Assembly (NCBI GenBank): GCA_951406725.2
Contig: OX597821.1
Location: 84,692,001-84,756,000 of the forward strand
Direction of reading: 5' to 3'
Source of the DNA: Octopus vulgaris
Taxonomy: Eukaryota
DNA: 64,000 bases
In this document: positions 1-12,329 of the stretch, piece by piece
Position numbering within the stretch: the stretch's first letter is position 1
Layout: the number at the start of each line of letters is the position of its first letter
The notes under the pieces: generated by a model
Seen by the model: the letters and a program-made list of their open reading frames with translations, nothing else
Database searches by the model: none
What the model was told of the DNA's origin: nothing
Made by a program: the position numbers and the translations under genes

Positions 1-198
1 CTCCACGCGTCTCCGGCAGAAGGTAATGGCGAACTTCTGCTGACTCTTTCGCCACAACTTCCTCTCACTCTTTCCTCCTGCATCTTGCAGCTCACCTGCG
101 ACGGACCGGCGTCCCGTCCAGGTGAGGAACCTATACGCCAAGGAAACCGGGAAACCAGCCCTTATGAGCCAGGCGTGGCTTGAGAAGGAACAAACAAT
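1..198 (+). mobile_element. 3' part of tRNA-derived SINE family A (cut by window edge)
   Basis: Near-identical to the 3' half of the copies at 6721-7024 and 55858-56172; ends in GAACAAACAA. Confidence 0.8.
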
Positions 199-270
199 GT
201 ATTATATATATTATATATACATGTATTATATATGTAAAGATAATTAGATAATATATTATGCACTTTGTTG

Positions 271-656
271 GGTGCTACTTAGCGTCCGGTCTATCACAGT
301 ATCCTGTCTACGCTGTGAAATTACTTTTAGCGTCCGGTCTACCTTTTCTTACCCTCTTAATTTTAACCATTACAATGCTGTTAAGGGATTTCTATAGACG
401 TAAGATTTGTTTGTGGCATTCCTAAATGATATACGATGTGTGTATCGTTGATTAAGATTTAAGTGCAAGTTATTAATAAATCATTATTCAACGTTATTCA
501 ATTTGCTTTTATTATCCTGTAGTATAAAGTTCTTCTGATGCAAGTAGATCGCACGCTCAGGTGTGTAAAAGAGTAAGAAAAGGTAGACTGCACGTTAAAA
601 AATAATTTCACAGCGTAGGCAGGATACCGCGGTAGACCGCACGCTAAATTAACACC
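271..656. mobile_element. MITE with ~90-bp imperfect terminal inverted repeats
   Basis: 271-358 (GGTGCTACTTAGCGTCCGGTCTA...CTTTTCTTACCCTCTT) is the approximate reverse complement of 569-656; flanks CTTTGTTG/CTTTATTG are a 7/8 candidate TSD. Confidence 0.75.
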
Positions 657-752
657 CTTTATTGTGTTTTGTTATGCACGCAATTCCCCGGTCTGAGGGG
701 AAATCGTCTTGCCTGTATCGATCTGTGATACAATAATAATAACAACAACAAC

Positions 753-793
<41 letters not shown>

Positions 794-795
<2 letters not shown>

Positions 796-1306
796 GATGG
801 TATAGGCACACACCAGAAAAGGTCACAGAAAACGAGAAAGCAACCATACTCTGGGATATGCCAATACACACAGATAGAGAAATTAAGGCCAACAGACCAG
901 TTATAATTGTCAGAGATCATGAAGAAAAAAATGCTTTCTAATTGATGTATCAATACCGGCAGATGACAACGTGTCTCTAAAAGAAATGGAGAAACTTTCA
1001 AAATACAAAGACCTGGAAATAGAGGTAACCAGAATGTGGAATCTAAAAACAGAAACAATTCCTATCATAGTAGGTGCATTAGGCATGATAAAAAAAAATA
1101 TTCAGACAAATACATAACAAAAATACCAGGACTTACAAACACATATAACATACAGAAAATTGCACTACTAGGCACTGCACACATCCTACGCAGAACACTT
1201 TCCATACAATAACCATCAGAGCATCACAACAAATCACAGCACATACCCAAGGCATACAGAGCTGTGCTCGGTAGTGAAGTGAAAGCACGATATAAAAAAT
1301 ATACTA

Positions 1307-1309
<3 letters not shown>
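794..1309 (+). mobile_element. 5'-truncated Dong/R4-like non-LTR retrotransposon (restriction-like endonuclease C-terminus and 3' UTR)
   Basis: Reading across frameshifts gives ILWDMPIHTDREIKANRP...LIDVSIP...EKLSKYKDLEIEVTRMWNLKTETIPIIVGALG...LLGTAHILRRTL; (TAA)n on both sides. Confidence 0.85.
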
Positions 1310-1400
<91 letters not shown>

Positions 1401-1402
<2 letters not shown>

Positions 1403-3253
1403 TGAACAGTGACAATATCTGGTGATGTAAAAATTTCATGTGGCATTTTCCAGGGTGACTCACTATCACCACTCCTCTTTTGTTTAGCCTTAATACCTCT
1501 CTCAAAATTGCTCAATGACGCGCAGTACGGATATAAAATGTTTGATAAAAATATAAATCATCTCATTTACATGATGAATCAAAGCTCTTTGCAAAAAATG
1601 ACCAACAACTCAAGGGCTTACTAACGATTGTTAAACAATTCAGTGATGACATCAGAATGCAATTTGGCCTCGATAAGTGTGCAAAAGCTACCTTTATCAA
1701 AGGAACAAGGACAGAAACATCTAACGTTAACTTTGACAAGCAGCATGTCATAAAAGAGTTAGGCCCAGCGGAGAGCTACAGGTACCTAGGGGTAATTGAA
1801 GGGGGCGGAATAAGGCATTCAGTGATGAAGGAAAGGATCAGGAGAGAATGTTATCGCAGAGTAAGAGCAATACTCAAGACAGAGTTGAATGCGAGAAACA
1901 GGATCGAAGCGATCAATGCATTAGCCATACCAGTCGTGACATAGTTTCCATATCGTTAACTGGTCAATTACTGAAATATGTAATCTTGACAGAAAAATAC
2001 GAAAACTGTTGACAATGCATAGAATGCACCACTCTAAAGCAGATATAGAACAACTTTATCTGCCAAGAAAAGAGGGAAGCCGTGGGCTTTTACAACTGGC
2101 AATAACAATGAAGGTTGCTACAATTGGCTTAGACACCTACCTGAAAAACTGGATGTTAAAACTTGTCTCAAAACATAAAAACAAGAAAGCATCATACTCA
2201 GTAACAAAACAGGCAAAAGAATATCTAAGTGAATTCTGAATACCACAAATTTCGGAATTAGACATACAAGAAACAAGCACAGAAAAAGCTAAGCGCATGA
2301 AAACCCGTGCTAAAACTGCTGCCTTAGATATTCTGAATGATAAATGGCAAGAAAAACCTCTCTATGGCAAATACCCAAAGAGAGCGAATAATGCAGATGT
2401 TGACAAAGCCCTGACCCATCAATGGCTAATGGCCTCTGGCATAAAATCTGAAACAGAAGGGTTTATCATAGCAGCTCAAGATCAATGCCTACCTACAAGG
2501 AACTACCAGGCCAACATATTAAAGAACGGCAGTAGCCCAACATGTCGTGTATGTCAACAATAAAATGAAACCATCGATCATGTTGTCTCCAAGTGCAGTC
2601 TTCTTGCACCTACAGAGTATCTCAACAGGCATGATAGAGCTGCACAATATATTCACTGGGTAATTTACAAAAGCCTGAACTTGCCCCATGAAAAAAACTG
2701 GTGGGAGCACAAACCACCTCCAGTGCTTGAAAATGACCACATCTCACTCCTCTGGAACTTCACCATTCAAACTGACCGAAAGATAGATGCAAATAGGCCA
2801 GACATCATATTGAAAGACTTCAGACAAAGAACATGCCTCCTCATTGATATGACTGACTCAATCGATATAAACGTATCTGTCAAGACCTACCAAAAACTGA
2901 GCAAATAGAAATCAGCAAAATGTGGAACCTGAAGACTGGGAATGATAGCAAAAGGGGATGATTGCTACCTAGCTCAGATACCAGGAAACCCAAAAATGGC
3001 AGAAATTTAAAAAAATAGTGCTCATGGGAACTGTTCATATCCTACGCAAAATACTTTCTATGTAATTTCAAGTTTTAAAACAAACATAATTTTCGTATGG
3101 TTTTTTAGACATTCACCAGTACAACACTAAGTACAAAACCAAATATATGGCACCCTAGGCATAACACCAGCACGAACTTCCAACTTGTTGTCTCTTGAGG
3201 CCTCTGGGTGAAACTTGGAGCCAGCTTGTGCAAATGTAAAGCAAAAGTCAAAC

Positions 3254-3255
<2 letters not shown>
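1401..3255 (+). mobile_element. Degraded Dong/R4-like non-LTR retrotransposon (RT C-half, zinc knuckle, REL endonuclease)
   Basis: ORF fragments GIFQGDSLSPLLFCLAL, MQFGLDKCA, YRYLGV, LYLPRKEGSRGL, ETEGFIIAAQDQ, CRVC, NRPDIILKD...LIDM; stops and frameshifts; (TAA)n at both ends. Confidence 0.9.
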
Positions 3256-3318
<63 letters not shown>

Positions 3319-3410
3319 GTAAATGTCCTGATGCAGTACCAGGCAGTGGCTCTCGTGGCGTCTGATCTTAACTGATTGGAAGTGTTATCATGTACATTGT
3401 TTTGTCTTGG

Positions 3411-3633
3411 CCGTTGACAGCCTCGCCTGGCACCTGTGCCGGCGGCACGTAAAAAGCACCCACTACACTCACGGAGTGGTTGGCGTTAGGAAGGGCATCA
3501 AGCTGTAGAAACACTACCAGATCGGACTGGTGCCTAGTGCAGCCTCCTGGCTTCCCAGACCCCGGTCGAACCGTCCAACCCATGTTAGCATGGAAAACGG
3601 ACGTTAAACGATGATGATGATGATGATGATGAT
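3411..3633 (+). mobile_element. GAT-tailed SINE family D, 5'-truncated
   Basis: Shared core GGTTGGCGTTAGGAAGGGCATC...CATGGAAAACGGACGTTAAACGATGATGAT seen in more than 12 copies in the window. Confidence 0.85.
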
Positions 3634-3671
3634 ATGTACATATATATACATATATATGTTTATATATATAA

Positions 3672-3740
<69 letters not shown>

Positions 3741-3741
<1 letters not shown>

Positions 3742-3925
3742 GTGACCTCGTGAGTACCTCTGTCTTCCCTTCTCGGGATCTTTCCTTCTATGTTTCCGAC
3801 GAAGAGCTCCGCTCGAAACGTTGAACCCTCCTTCTTCCCTTCTTTCCTGAGCATCCAATAATACTTTATTTGTTCCACGTCCTCGCGTTGTTGTTGTTTT
3901 TTTTTGTGTTTTCTTGTTTGGATTA

Positions 3926-3930
<5 letters not shown>
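3741..3930 (+). mobile_element. Penelope-like terminal fragment in a (TA)n array, with minimal hammerhead-like motif
   Basis: CCGACGA-A-GAGC(TCC)GCTC-GAAACGTT at 3796-3822; TA microsatellite on both flanks. Confidence 0.55.
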
Positions 3931-3992
<62 letters not shown>

Positions 3993-4088
3993 ACGCATGT
4001 ATGTATGTATGTATGTGTGTACGCATGTATGTGTGTACGCATGTATGTATGTATGTATGTACGTATGTTTGTATGTATGTATATTATG

Positions 4089-4335
4089 AAGGCGCATGAC
4101 CTAGTGGTTTGGCTGTTGCACTCACAATCACTAGATCACGGGTTCGATTCCTTGACTGGGTCGTGCATTGTGTTCTTCGGCAAAACACTTCATTTCATGT
4201 TGGTCCAGTTCTCCTTTCAATCAGGGGCGAATGTTGGTCTGCTAGTCTAGCCAACGGGGTGGCACCATTTGAAGGCTAAAACAATGCAAGAAGCGCATTG
4301 TGACCAGCGATGTGTAACAACATCTGATCATGTGA
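4089..4335 (+). mobile_element. tRNA-derived SINE with a distinct body
   Basis: A-box-like TGACCTAGTGG and B-box GGTTCGATTCC, followed by a non-tRNA body. Confidence 0.6.
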
Positions 4336-4599
4336 TGTATGTATGTATGTATGTGTGTGTGTATGTGTTTGTGAGAGCAGCCATATATGTACATATGTGT
4401 ATATGCCTGTATGTATGTATGTATATATGTATGTATACATACATACACACACATCATGCACATTTGTGCTCGTAGAGGTGAGTGTGTGGGTGCATGTGTT
4501 CTTCGATGTGTATGTTTGTGAATGTATGTTATCAGGAAATGCCTGGTTAATGGTAGCACTGACCTAAAACCTATATACGTAGAGTAGTTTTGAGCTAGA

Positions 4600-5345
4600 T
4601 ATCACTGCCATCACCACCACCACCACCACCACCACCACTGTCACTCCCCCCTCTACCACCTCCACTACCCCCCCCCCCCCGTTGTACCCCCCATCACCAC
4701 CACCACCACCACTATCAATACTACAACCGCTATTATCACAATCACTGCCATTATTATCACTGGTACCTCACCATTCACACGTAAACCATTGCCACCCGCC
4801 ACTCACATCAGCACAATCTCTCTGCCTCCGCCCCCCCACATCATACCACCATTACATCACCACTGCCACCACTTCCACCGCCACTGTCACCCACCACTGC
4901 CACTGCCACTATCACCCACCACTACCCTCCGCCGCGATCATCACCACCCCCGCCGCCGTCGCCATCTCCGATACTACCACCACCACCACCACATCTACTG
5001 TTGTCATCACCAACACCACCACCACTGCCACCACTGCCACCACCACCACCACCACCACCACCACCACCTCCACTGTTGTCATCACCAACACCACCACCAC
5101 CACCACCACCACCACCACCTCCACCACCTCCACTGTTGTTATCACCAACACCACCACCACCACCACCACCTCCGCTGTTGTTATCACCACCACCACCACC
5201 ACCACCACATCCACTGTTGTCATCACCAACACCACCACCACTGCCACCGTCATCGCCGCCACCACCACCACCACCACCACCACCACCACTGCCACCGTCA
5301 TCGTCGCCAACACCACCACCACCACCCAACCACCCACCCACCACG
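4600..5345. repeat. (CCA)n low-complexity tract with recurring CCACTGTTGTCATCACCAACACCACC units
   Basis: Direct reading; overlapping poly-T/H/P/V/G ORFs in five frames. Confidence 0.9.
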
Positions 5346-5756
5346 AGGCCCATTCATGTCAGATGTAATCAATCAAAACGATTTATGAAGCAGTGCCATT
5401 GATAACTAGTATGCTACCGTGATAAGATAACTAGTAAGCCATTGTTGTATAATACAAGCTGTGATGGTACATTTATCTTGGCCCTTGAAATTATGGAACA
5501 CTTTCCACTTACATGCAGAAGCTATCATGGTTCACTGACTTGTCAAGAGTATCAAACATCCAACCGAGGGAGACTGCATTTTGTATCCTGGCCTGAGACA
5601 AGATTCTTAACTCTTAACAGTCTTGTATACCTTGCAGTAAGAAGGTGACACTTGTACTGCACTAAGAGCAAAACCAAGTCACTTAGCTTTCAATATCCTG
5701 CTACAACCTGCATTAAATAGGTACTACCACCACTGTACTATTTACATAACCACGAA

Positions 5757-5786
5757 AGGCCCTGGGTTCGATCCCCGGCATCTCCA
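5757..5786 (+). pseudogene. 3' fragment of a tRNA (Ala-like T-arm and acceptor strand)
   Basis: AGGCCCTGGGTTCGATCCCCGGCATCTCCA resembles eukaryotic tRNA-Ala 3' ends (recalled, not searched); 5' half absent; T6 run at 5792-5797. Confidence 0.65.
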
Positions 5787-5797
5787 GAATATTTTTT

Positions 5798-6003
5798 GTC
5801 TGTGGCCGTTTGCCAGCTCCGTCTGGCACCTGTGCGGGTGGCACGTAAAAAGCACCCACTACACTCACGGAGTGGTTGGCGTTAGGAAGGGCATCCAGCC
5901 ATAGAAACACTGCCAGATAAGACTGGGCCTGATGCAGACCCCAGTTGAACCGTCCAACCCATGCTAGCATGGAAAGTGGACGCTAAATGATGATGATGAT
6001 GAT
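5798..6003 (+). mobile_element. SINE family D, 5'-truncated
   Basis: Family core and (GAT)n tail. Confidence 0.85.
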
Positions 6004-6349
6004 AAGGTAAAAACTCCCTTTTGGTCATGAATGATCATGAGATTGCACCTAGAAAGTTACCCTTCGAGTCATAATTCTGTGCTAGGTTGTTTATGGAAGA
6101 CCCACCAGTCGCCCATGCATACTGGCCTCCCCTCTCCACACTACTGATGTTGCCCAAGGGAAAGGCAAAGGCTGATACAGCTTGGCACCAGTGATGTTGC
6201 AACTCATTTCTACAGCTGAGTGAAATGGAGTAACATGAAATAAAGTGTCTTGCTCAAGAACACAACACACAGTCCGGTCCAGGAATCGAACTCACTACCT
6301 CATGACTGTGAGCCTGATGCTCTAACCACTGAGCCATGTGCCTTCACCA

Positions 6350-7400
6350 TGATGCTTAGCTTGTAACTGTTCAGCACATCTTGCTGCGAATAGATGGCAT
6401 CAGTGTTGTACTGTGTCTACAAGTAAGATACTCAGTTTTCAACAACCCAGTCCCCTTAGCTCTATTTAAGCTCTACAGAACATTGCATTTGAATCTCCTT
6501 TATCTGTTAGTCTTCTTCATTACTCACAGTCCATAATGTATCAGTTACCACAGGAACAATCTTTACAGATCGCATGTCCTAAATCCTTGCGATCTCAAAT
6601 TTTAATGGGTTGTGTTTTTTTTCCAACTTTATATCTCCTTTCTTCACAACCCTAGTATCAAATGGACTTGATGGATCAATCAATATGCAAATTCCATTTT
6701 CCTTGTCTATTACTATATTGTGGAGGCACATGGCCTAGTGGTTAGAGCAGTGGACTCACGGTTGAGGGATCGCAGGTTCAAATCTCAGACTTGGTGATGT
6801 GTGTGTTTATGAGCGAAACATCTAAGCTCCACGCAGCTCCAGCAGAAGGTGATGGCGAACTTCTGCTGACTCTCTTGCCACATCTTACTCTAACTCTTTC
6901 CTCCTGCATCTTGCAGCTCACCTGCAACGGAACAGCGTCCCATTCAAGTGGGGAACCTATACGCCAAGAAAACCGGGAAACCGGCTCTTAAGAGCCAGGC
7001 ATGGCTTGAGAGGGAACAAACAAATATTACTATACTATCTAGCTTGTTATGTTCCAAATAGTTATCTGCTTGAATGGAAAAGTCACACGAAATCTTGCAT
7101 GTGCTCAATTCTTTTTACCTGATGATTGCATCATTTCCTTCCATTTTCGACAAAGTTACCAGTGTAAAACTTTCACCTTTTGCTCATGTTTTCATTTCTT
7201 ATATTCTCCCTAAGACTCTCACCAGGTCAACATGGGACATTCTGCAACAATGTGTGTCATTGTTTCATCCCAAATTCCACATACTCTATATTTTGCACGC
7301 ATACTCTCCTCACACACACACTTACACAAGTTGTTTCTTTGCAGTATTATTATTATTGTTGTTGTTGTCATTTTCTTTTAATCTGCATGTTTGATGTAAT
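6350..7400 (-). mobile_element. Old REL-endonuclease LINE relic (R4/R2-like), interrupted by a SINE
   Basis: Minus-strand pieces DFSIQADNYLEHNKLD and VIDKENGICILIDPSSPFDTRVVKKED are contiguous once the SINE at 6721-7024 is removed. Confidence 0.55.
6721..7024 (+). mobile_element. Full-length tRNA-derived SINE family A
   Basis: A-box TGGCCTAGTGG, B-box GGTTCAAATC; candidate TSD TATTACTATA at 6708-6717 and 7025-7034. Confidence 0.85.
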
Positions 7401-7690
7401 CATTTGCTGAGACACACCCAGTGCCCCAGGGCAAGTGAAAGTTAAGAGATGTTGAAATATAACTGAAAGCTTGGTGAAGGGAAGTGGCAAGGGCAGTAGA
7501 GAAATATCTCCATATAATACAACACATACATTTAAACTGATAGGGTTTTTCTAAGGATGTGGGCACAATCTTTTGTCAGCACAATCTTTTGGATTTCTTT
7601 GAGACATGGTTCTCCTGAGATGTTGTCTGCTTCTGGCATCCCTTTTTTTTCATACCTAGGGCACCTACTATAACAGGAACAGTTTTTGTT

Positions 7691-7917
7691 TTAACCATTT
7701 AGCATTTAAACCGGCTATATCTGACCAAAATATTCTACCTGTTCTATATTCAAACCAGTCAGATCTGGTTCCTCATACCTACCCTACAATGTCAATCTAA
7801 AAAATAAACAATCATATCATAAAAATCTCACAGTTATGAGATTATGCATGATTAATGCAAAACATTTGAATAATTAAGCATCATTTTTGACAGAATAATC
7901 TGAATGCTAAAGGGTTA
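7691..7917. mobile_element. piggyBac-like MITE
   Basis: TTAACCATTTAGCATT...AATGCTAAAGGGTTA termini; related copies near 20311-20531, 35165-35736, 40785-41007, 49731-49957. Confidence 0.65.
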
Positions 7918-8031
7918 CGATTTCACATCTTTTGTATTTCAATTTCCAAGTCCTTATATTTACTAAGTTTGTCAAATTTCTTTACAGGTATATTTTTATC
8001 AATGGGAACATTTACATCTATTAGTCTATTA

Positions 8032-8818
8032 TCTCTCTCTATATAAACGGCAGTTTGTCTATCTGTGTGTCTGTGTGTCTGTCAGGTTGTACCCTGACCC
8101 TGACCACAGCTTTCAACCGATTCTGATGAAACTTGACACACACATAGCCCAATGTCATAATTCAAAACTAACGCAGCGAAAATTTTGAAAAGTTCCCCCA
8201 GTTCTGAAAAAAATTGATAAATTCGACATGGGGTCGAGAATCTAAGCTTTTTATATGCAACACATTTCCTTTGTAGTTTTCGCAACTTGCAATCGATTTT
8301 CACCAAACTCATGGTGAAGCTTAATGTTACCCTAAGAAACTTAATTCTGACGTTAGTTTTCCATGCAATACCTTACCATCAGAAAAAATCGATAAAATCA
8401 TGCCATTTTGGGAAATCGCGTTCAAATTCAAGATGACATATTTTCGACAATATCTTTCACAAATTGGCAGGAATTTTTTTTAAATTCACAGCGAGCATCA
8501 TGTCTGCTCCAAGGAGCTATATGGCCCTTTTTATTCCAATATGATACTTTATTACTGGAAAAAATCGGTTAATTAAATCATATGTGGCACACATAGCAAA
8601 CCGATTTGTGTATTAAACACAAACCACAGACTGTCTAGGGGATGCAATTGGTTGGGTTGAATTATCGATAGCTGTTTGATAGTTATTTGGGAGTGAAGAG
8701 AAGACATTGCAACCTACACATGCGCCTTCGTTCCCTAGAGGGAAAGGACTAGATTGGGATTAGTCGTTGCCTACTAGGGGCTCTTACATACCCGGGCAAC
8801 GCTGGGCTATGCAGCTAG
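8032..8818 (+). mobile_element. Non-autonomous Helitron
   Basis: 5' TC after a host A, subterminal GC hairpin CCCGGGCAACGCTGGG (8791-8806), 3' CTAG followed by T, no TSD. Confidence 0.8.
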
Positions 8819-8895
8819 TTATTACTATTATTATTATTATTATTATTATTATTACGATCATCATCACCACCACCACCACCACCACCACCACCACC

Positions 8896-8944
<49 letters not shown>

Positions 8945-9004
8945 CCACCACCACCACCACCACCATCATCATTTTATTATCATCATCACCATTATTATTA
9001 TTAT
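8819..9004. repeat. Compound (TTA)/(CAC)/(CAT) microsatellite
   Basis: Direct reading. Confidence 0.9.
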
Positions 9005-9528
9005 TGAGTGAGAGAGCAGTGCATGCCACCAAGTGACACTGGGGTAAAATATTCGAAGCCCAGTATACCCATCATGACTACCCGTCTGATAAGGGTACAC
9101 TAGGCACATGCATCACAACCATATGTGTGCGACATGGTGATCTCATATCAAGATAAACAGCACATGACCTTGCAGGTGGGGTCCAGTTAGAATTTTCTTC
9201 TGGTCGTGTAACCCACTCAAAAGGTCCCTGAATAAGGGTTGTTTAAGGACGTTGAACAAAACACCCATGTTTCCAAAGGTGAATTATCCAAACCTCATAG
9301 AATTCCTTTCAAAATACGGCTATGATGCTCTGCCACTACTTCTGCTCGTGATCAGAGATGCACATATCATCAGCCACTAAGGGACATGCTCAACTGGTTA
9401 AGGTCAAACAACTGACAAGCAAATCTGTGGTATTGAGCAGAATATTTGCTGTAGCCCATCTATTATTCCAAGACAAAACAATATACATGATAACACTTCC
9501 AATCAGTTCACATCTATAATTAAAATTA

Positions 9529-9577
<49 letters not shown>

Positions 9578-10118
9578 GAGTGACAGAGCAGTGCATGCCA
9601 TCAAAGTGACACTAGGGTACAAATATACAAAGTCCAATATACCCATCATGATTACCTGTCTGATAAGGGTACACTAGGCACATGCATCACAACCATATGA
9701 GTGAAACATGGTGATCTCATAGCAAAATGAACAGCACATGACCTTGCAGGTGGGCCCAATTAGAATTTTCTTCAGGTCAAGTAGCCCATCTCACTCAAAA
9801 GGTCCCTGAATGATATTTGGTTAAGGTTGGTGAACAAAACACTCATGTTTCCAGAGGTGAATTATTCAAACCCTAAAGAATTCCTCTTAATACATGGCTA
9901 TGGTGCTTCCCCCACTTCTTCTGTTCATGATCAGAGATGCACATATCGTCAGCTCAACTGACAATGCTCAACTGGTTATGGTCAAGCAACTGACAAGCAA
10001 ATCTGTGGTATTGAGCAGAATATTTGCTGTAGCCCATCTTTTATACCAAGACAAAACAATGTACATGATAACACTTCCAATCAGTTAAGATCAGAAGCCA
10101 TGAGAGCCAGTGCCTCAT
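9005..10118 (-). mobile_element. Two tandem copies of a ~0.5-kb non-coding element (family E), each ending in (TAA)n on the minus strand
   Basis: 9005-9510 and 9577-10118 align along their length; a fragment of the same element lies at 3319-3410 on the + strand. Confidence 0.75.
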
Positions 10119-10579
10119 ATCATCTCTAAAACAAAGATTTTGGAAATTGTTGCTTGTGAGATAAAGGGAATATTTAAAGACTGTAAAGTGTTTCATAGTA
10201 AATTTCTGACAGGAGTCTCGTCAAGAATGCTTGTACTGTGAAACATTGTTAAAAGATTAAAAGACTGTTCATGCTAGCATTTAAAGGAGTATTACATGTT
10301 TAAAATTATAAAAAATCTACACATTGAGAGTGAGTGACAGAAGAAATCTAACACGAAACCTACAATCAATCAACCCCAGCAGCCAGCAGATATGGAGTGT
10401 CATTTATTATTTCCTGTGGAACGATTTACCCTCATACTCTTAGCATTGAACACAAGGAAACTGCATGTACAACAGTAAAAGACAAATATATTTTTGAGAA
10501 AACTTTTCAAGAAAAAGAAGAATTACCAAATGCAAGCAAACCTCTGTTTCAACATTGCTACATAATTTTTGTTCAAATG

Positions 10580-11000
10580 CCTGGCACACAACAACCCAAA
10601 AGACTGTTTTACAATGAATTGATGGAATGCAAGAGCCCACAAGATGGGCAGAAAAAGCACTTCAAAGTTACACACAAAGTCTCACTGAAGTGCTTTCAGA
10701 TCAACTCTGATGCCTGGGAAATGCAAGCATATGACTGCCTTGCCTGGCATAGCTGCACCAACAAAGGTACCACCTCCTATGAAGAGAATAGGTTCACAAG
10801 AGCACAAAGAAAATGTGAGCTTTGCAAGGCCAGAACCAACTCTTTGTCTTTATTCCCAGCAGACCACCAATGCCCAACCTGCAGCAGAACCTTTTGAGCA
10901 TGCATTGGCCTGATTAGCTACAGCTGGACACTCTGTGACCCATCTTCTTCTCCCATGTGATGTCCTGGTCATTGTCAACAACAGCAAATGAGCATTATTA
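10580..11000 (+). mobile_element. RTE-like LINE 3' fragment
   Basis: MPGTQQPKRLFYNEL...GQKKHFK...WE...CPTCSRTF, typical of an RTE C-terminus with a terminal zinc finger. Confidence 0.7.
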
Positions 11001-11273
11001 CTATATGTAACTTTCAAGCCTAAAGATGACAGTCTAATTTCATTATTCTGTTAGGTATTTTAGTTGAGCCAATTAGAGACTAGTAGCCTACCTGACATGT
11101 TTCAGTTTGTTAAATGGATTGCATAACCATTTTTTTTTCTATTGCCATGTGTACTATTTCAGCCAACCATTAATTTTAGCCAATCAGAACTAGCACCCTG
11201 TGGGCCATGAATTAACCTATTTAGTACTCCTTCTGTCTCTGTCTGTCTTTCTCACCCTCTCTCTCTTTCTCCG

Positions 11274-11331
<58 letters not shown>

Positions 11332-11363
11332 TCTGTCTGTCTGTCTCTCTCTCTGTCTCTCTG

Positions 11364-11413
<50 letters not shown>

Positions 11414-12329
11414 GGTAACCTGTGGAAAAGGTAAACCCAGGAAGACATGGGACAAGGTGGTGAAACAGGATCTTCTAATGCTGGCCCTCACATAGGTGAT
11501 GTCAATTGATCGAGATCTTTGGCAATATACTGTGCATAAGAAGACTCGTCAAGCCAAGTGAAATTGTAGTTGTTGCTGTTGCCAGTGTCATGAAAATGGC
11601 ACCCATGTTGGTGGCATGTAAAAAGCCCCCATTATGCTCTTGGAGTTATTGGTGTTAGGAAAGGCATCCTGCCATAGAAAATGTACCAAATCAGACTGGA
11701 ACCTGGTGCAGCTCTCTGGCTTACCAGTTCCAGTCAATCTGTTCAACCCATGCCAGCATGGAAAGTGGACATTAAGCTTGCTTTCTAAGCACATGGTTCC
11801 AGGTTCAGTCCCACTGTGTAGCACCTTGGACAAGTGTATTCTGCTATAACCTTGGGCCAACCAAACCTTGTGAGTGAATTTGGTAGATGGAAACTGAAAG
11901 AAGCCCATCGTATATATATATGCATATATCTATGTGTGTGTATATCTTTGTGTCTCTGTTTGTCCCCCTATTATCGCTTGACAACTGGTGTCGGTGTGTT
12001 TATGTCCCTGCAATTTAGCAGTTCAACAAAGAGACCGAGAGAATAAGTACAAGGCTTAAAGACAAGTCCTGGGATTGAATTGTTTGACAAAAACACTCCA
12101 AGGCAGTGCTCCAGCATAGCCACAATCAAATGACTGAAATAAGTAAAAGAATAAAAGAATAAATATATGCAGAAATATATAGAAGACCCAACTAGCCAAG
12201 TAGGATCATATCTGCAGCTGATGCCAGTGTCACATAACTGACCCATTTAAAAGTACCCTTCAATCGTTGGGCAATATGCTGTGCTTGAGAAGACCTGTTG
12301 AATCAAGTGAAATCATTGTTGTGGCTGAT

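Noticed and set aside
4682-5402. Long Thr-, His-, Pro-, Gly- and Val-rich ORFs suggesting a mucin or histidine-rich beak protein
   Set aside because: Open in five frames because (CCA)n has no stops; no signal peptide or convincing splice context
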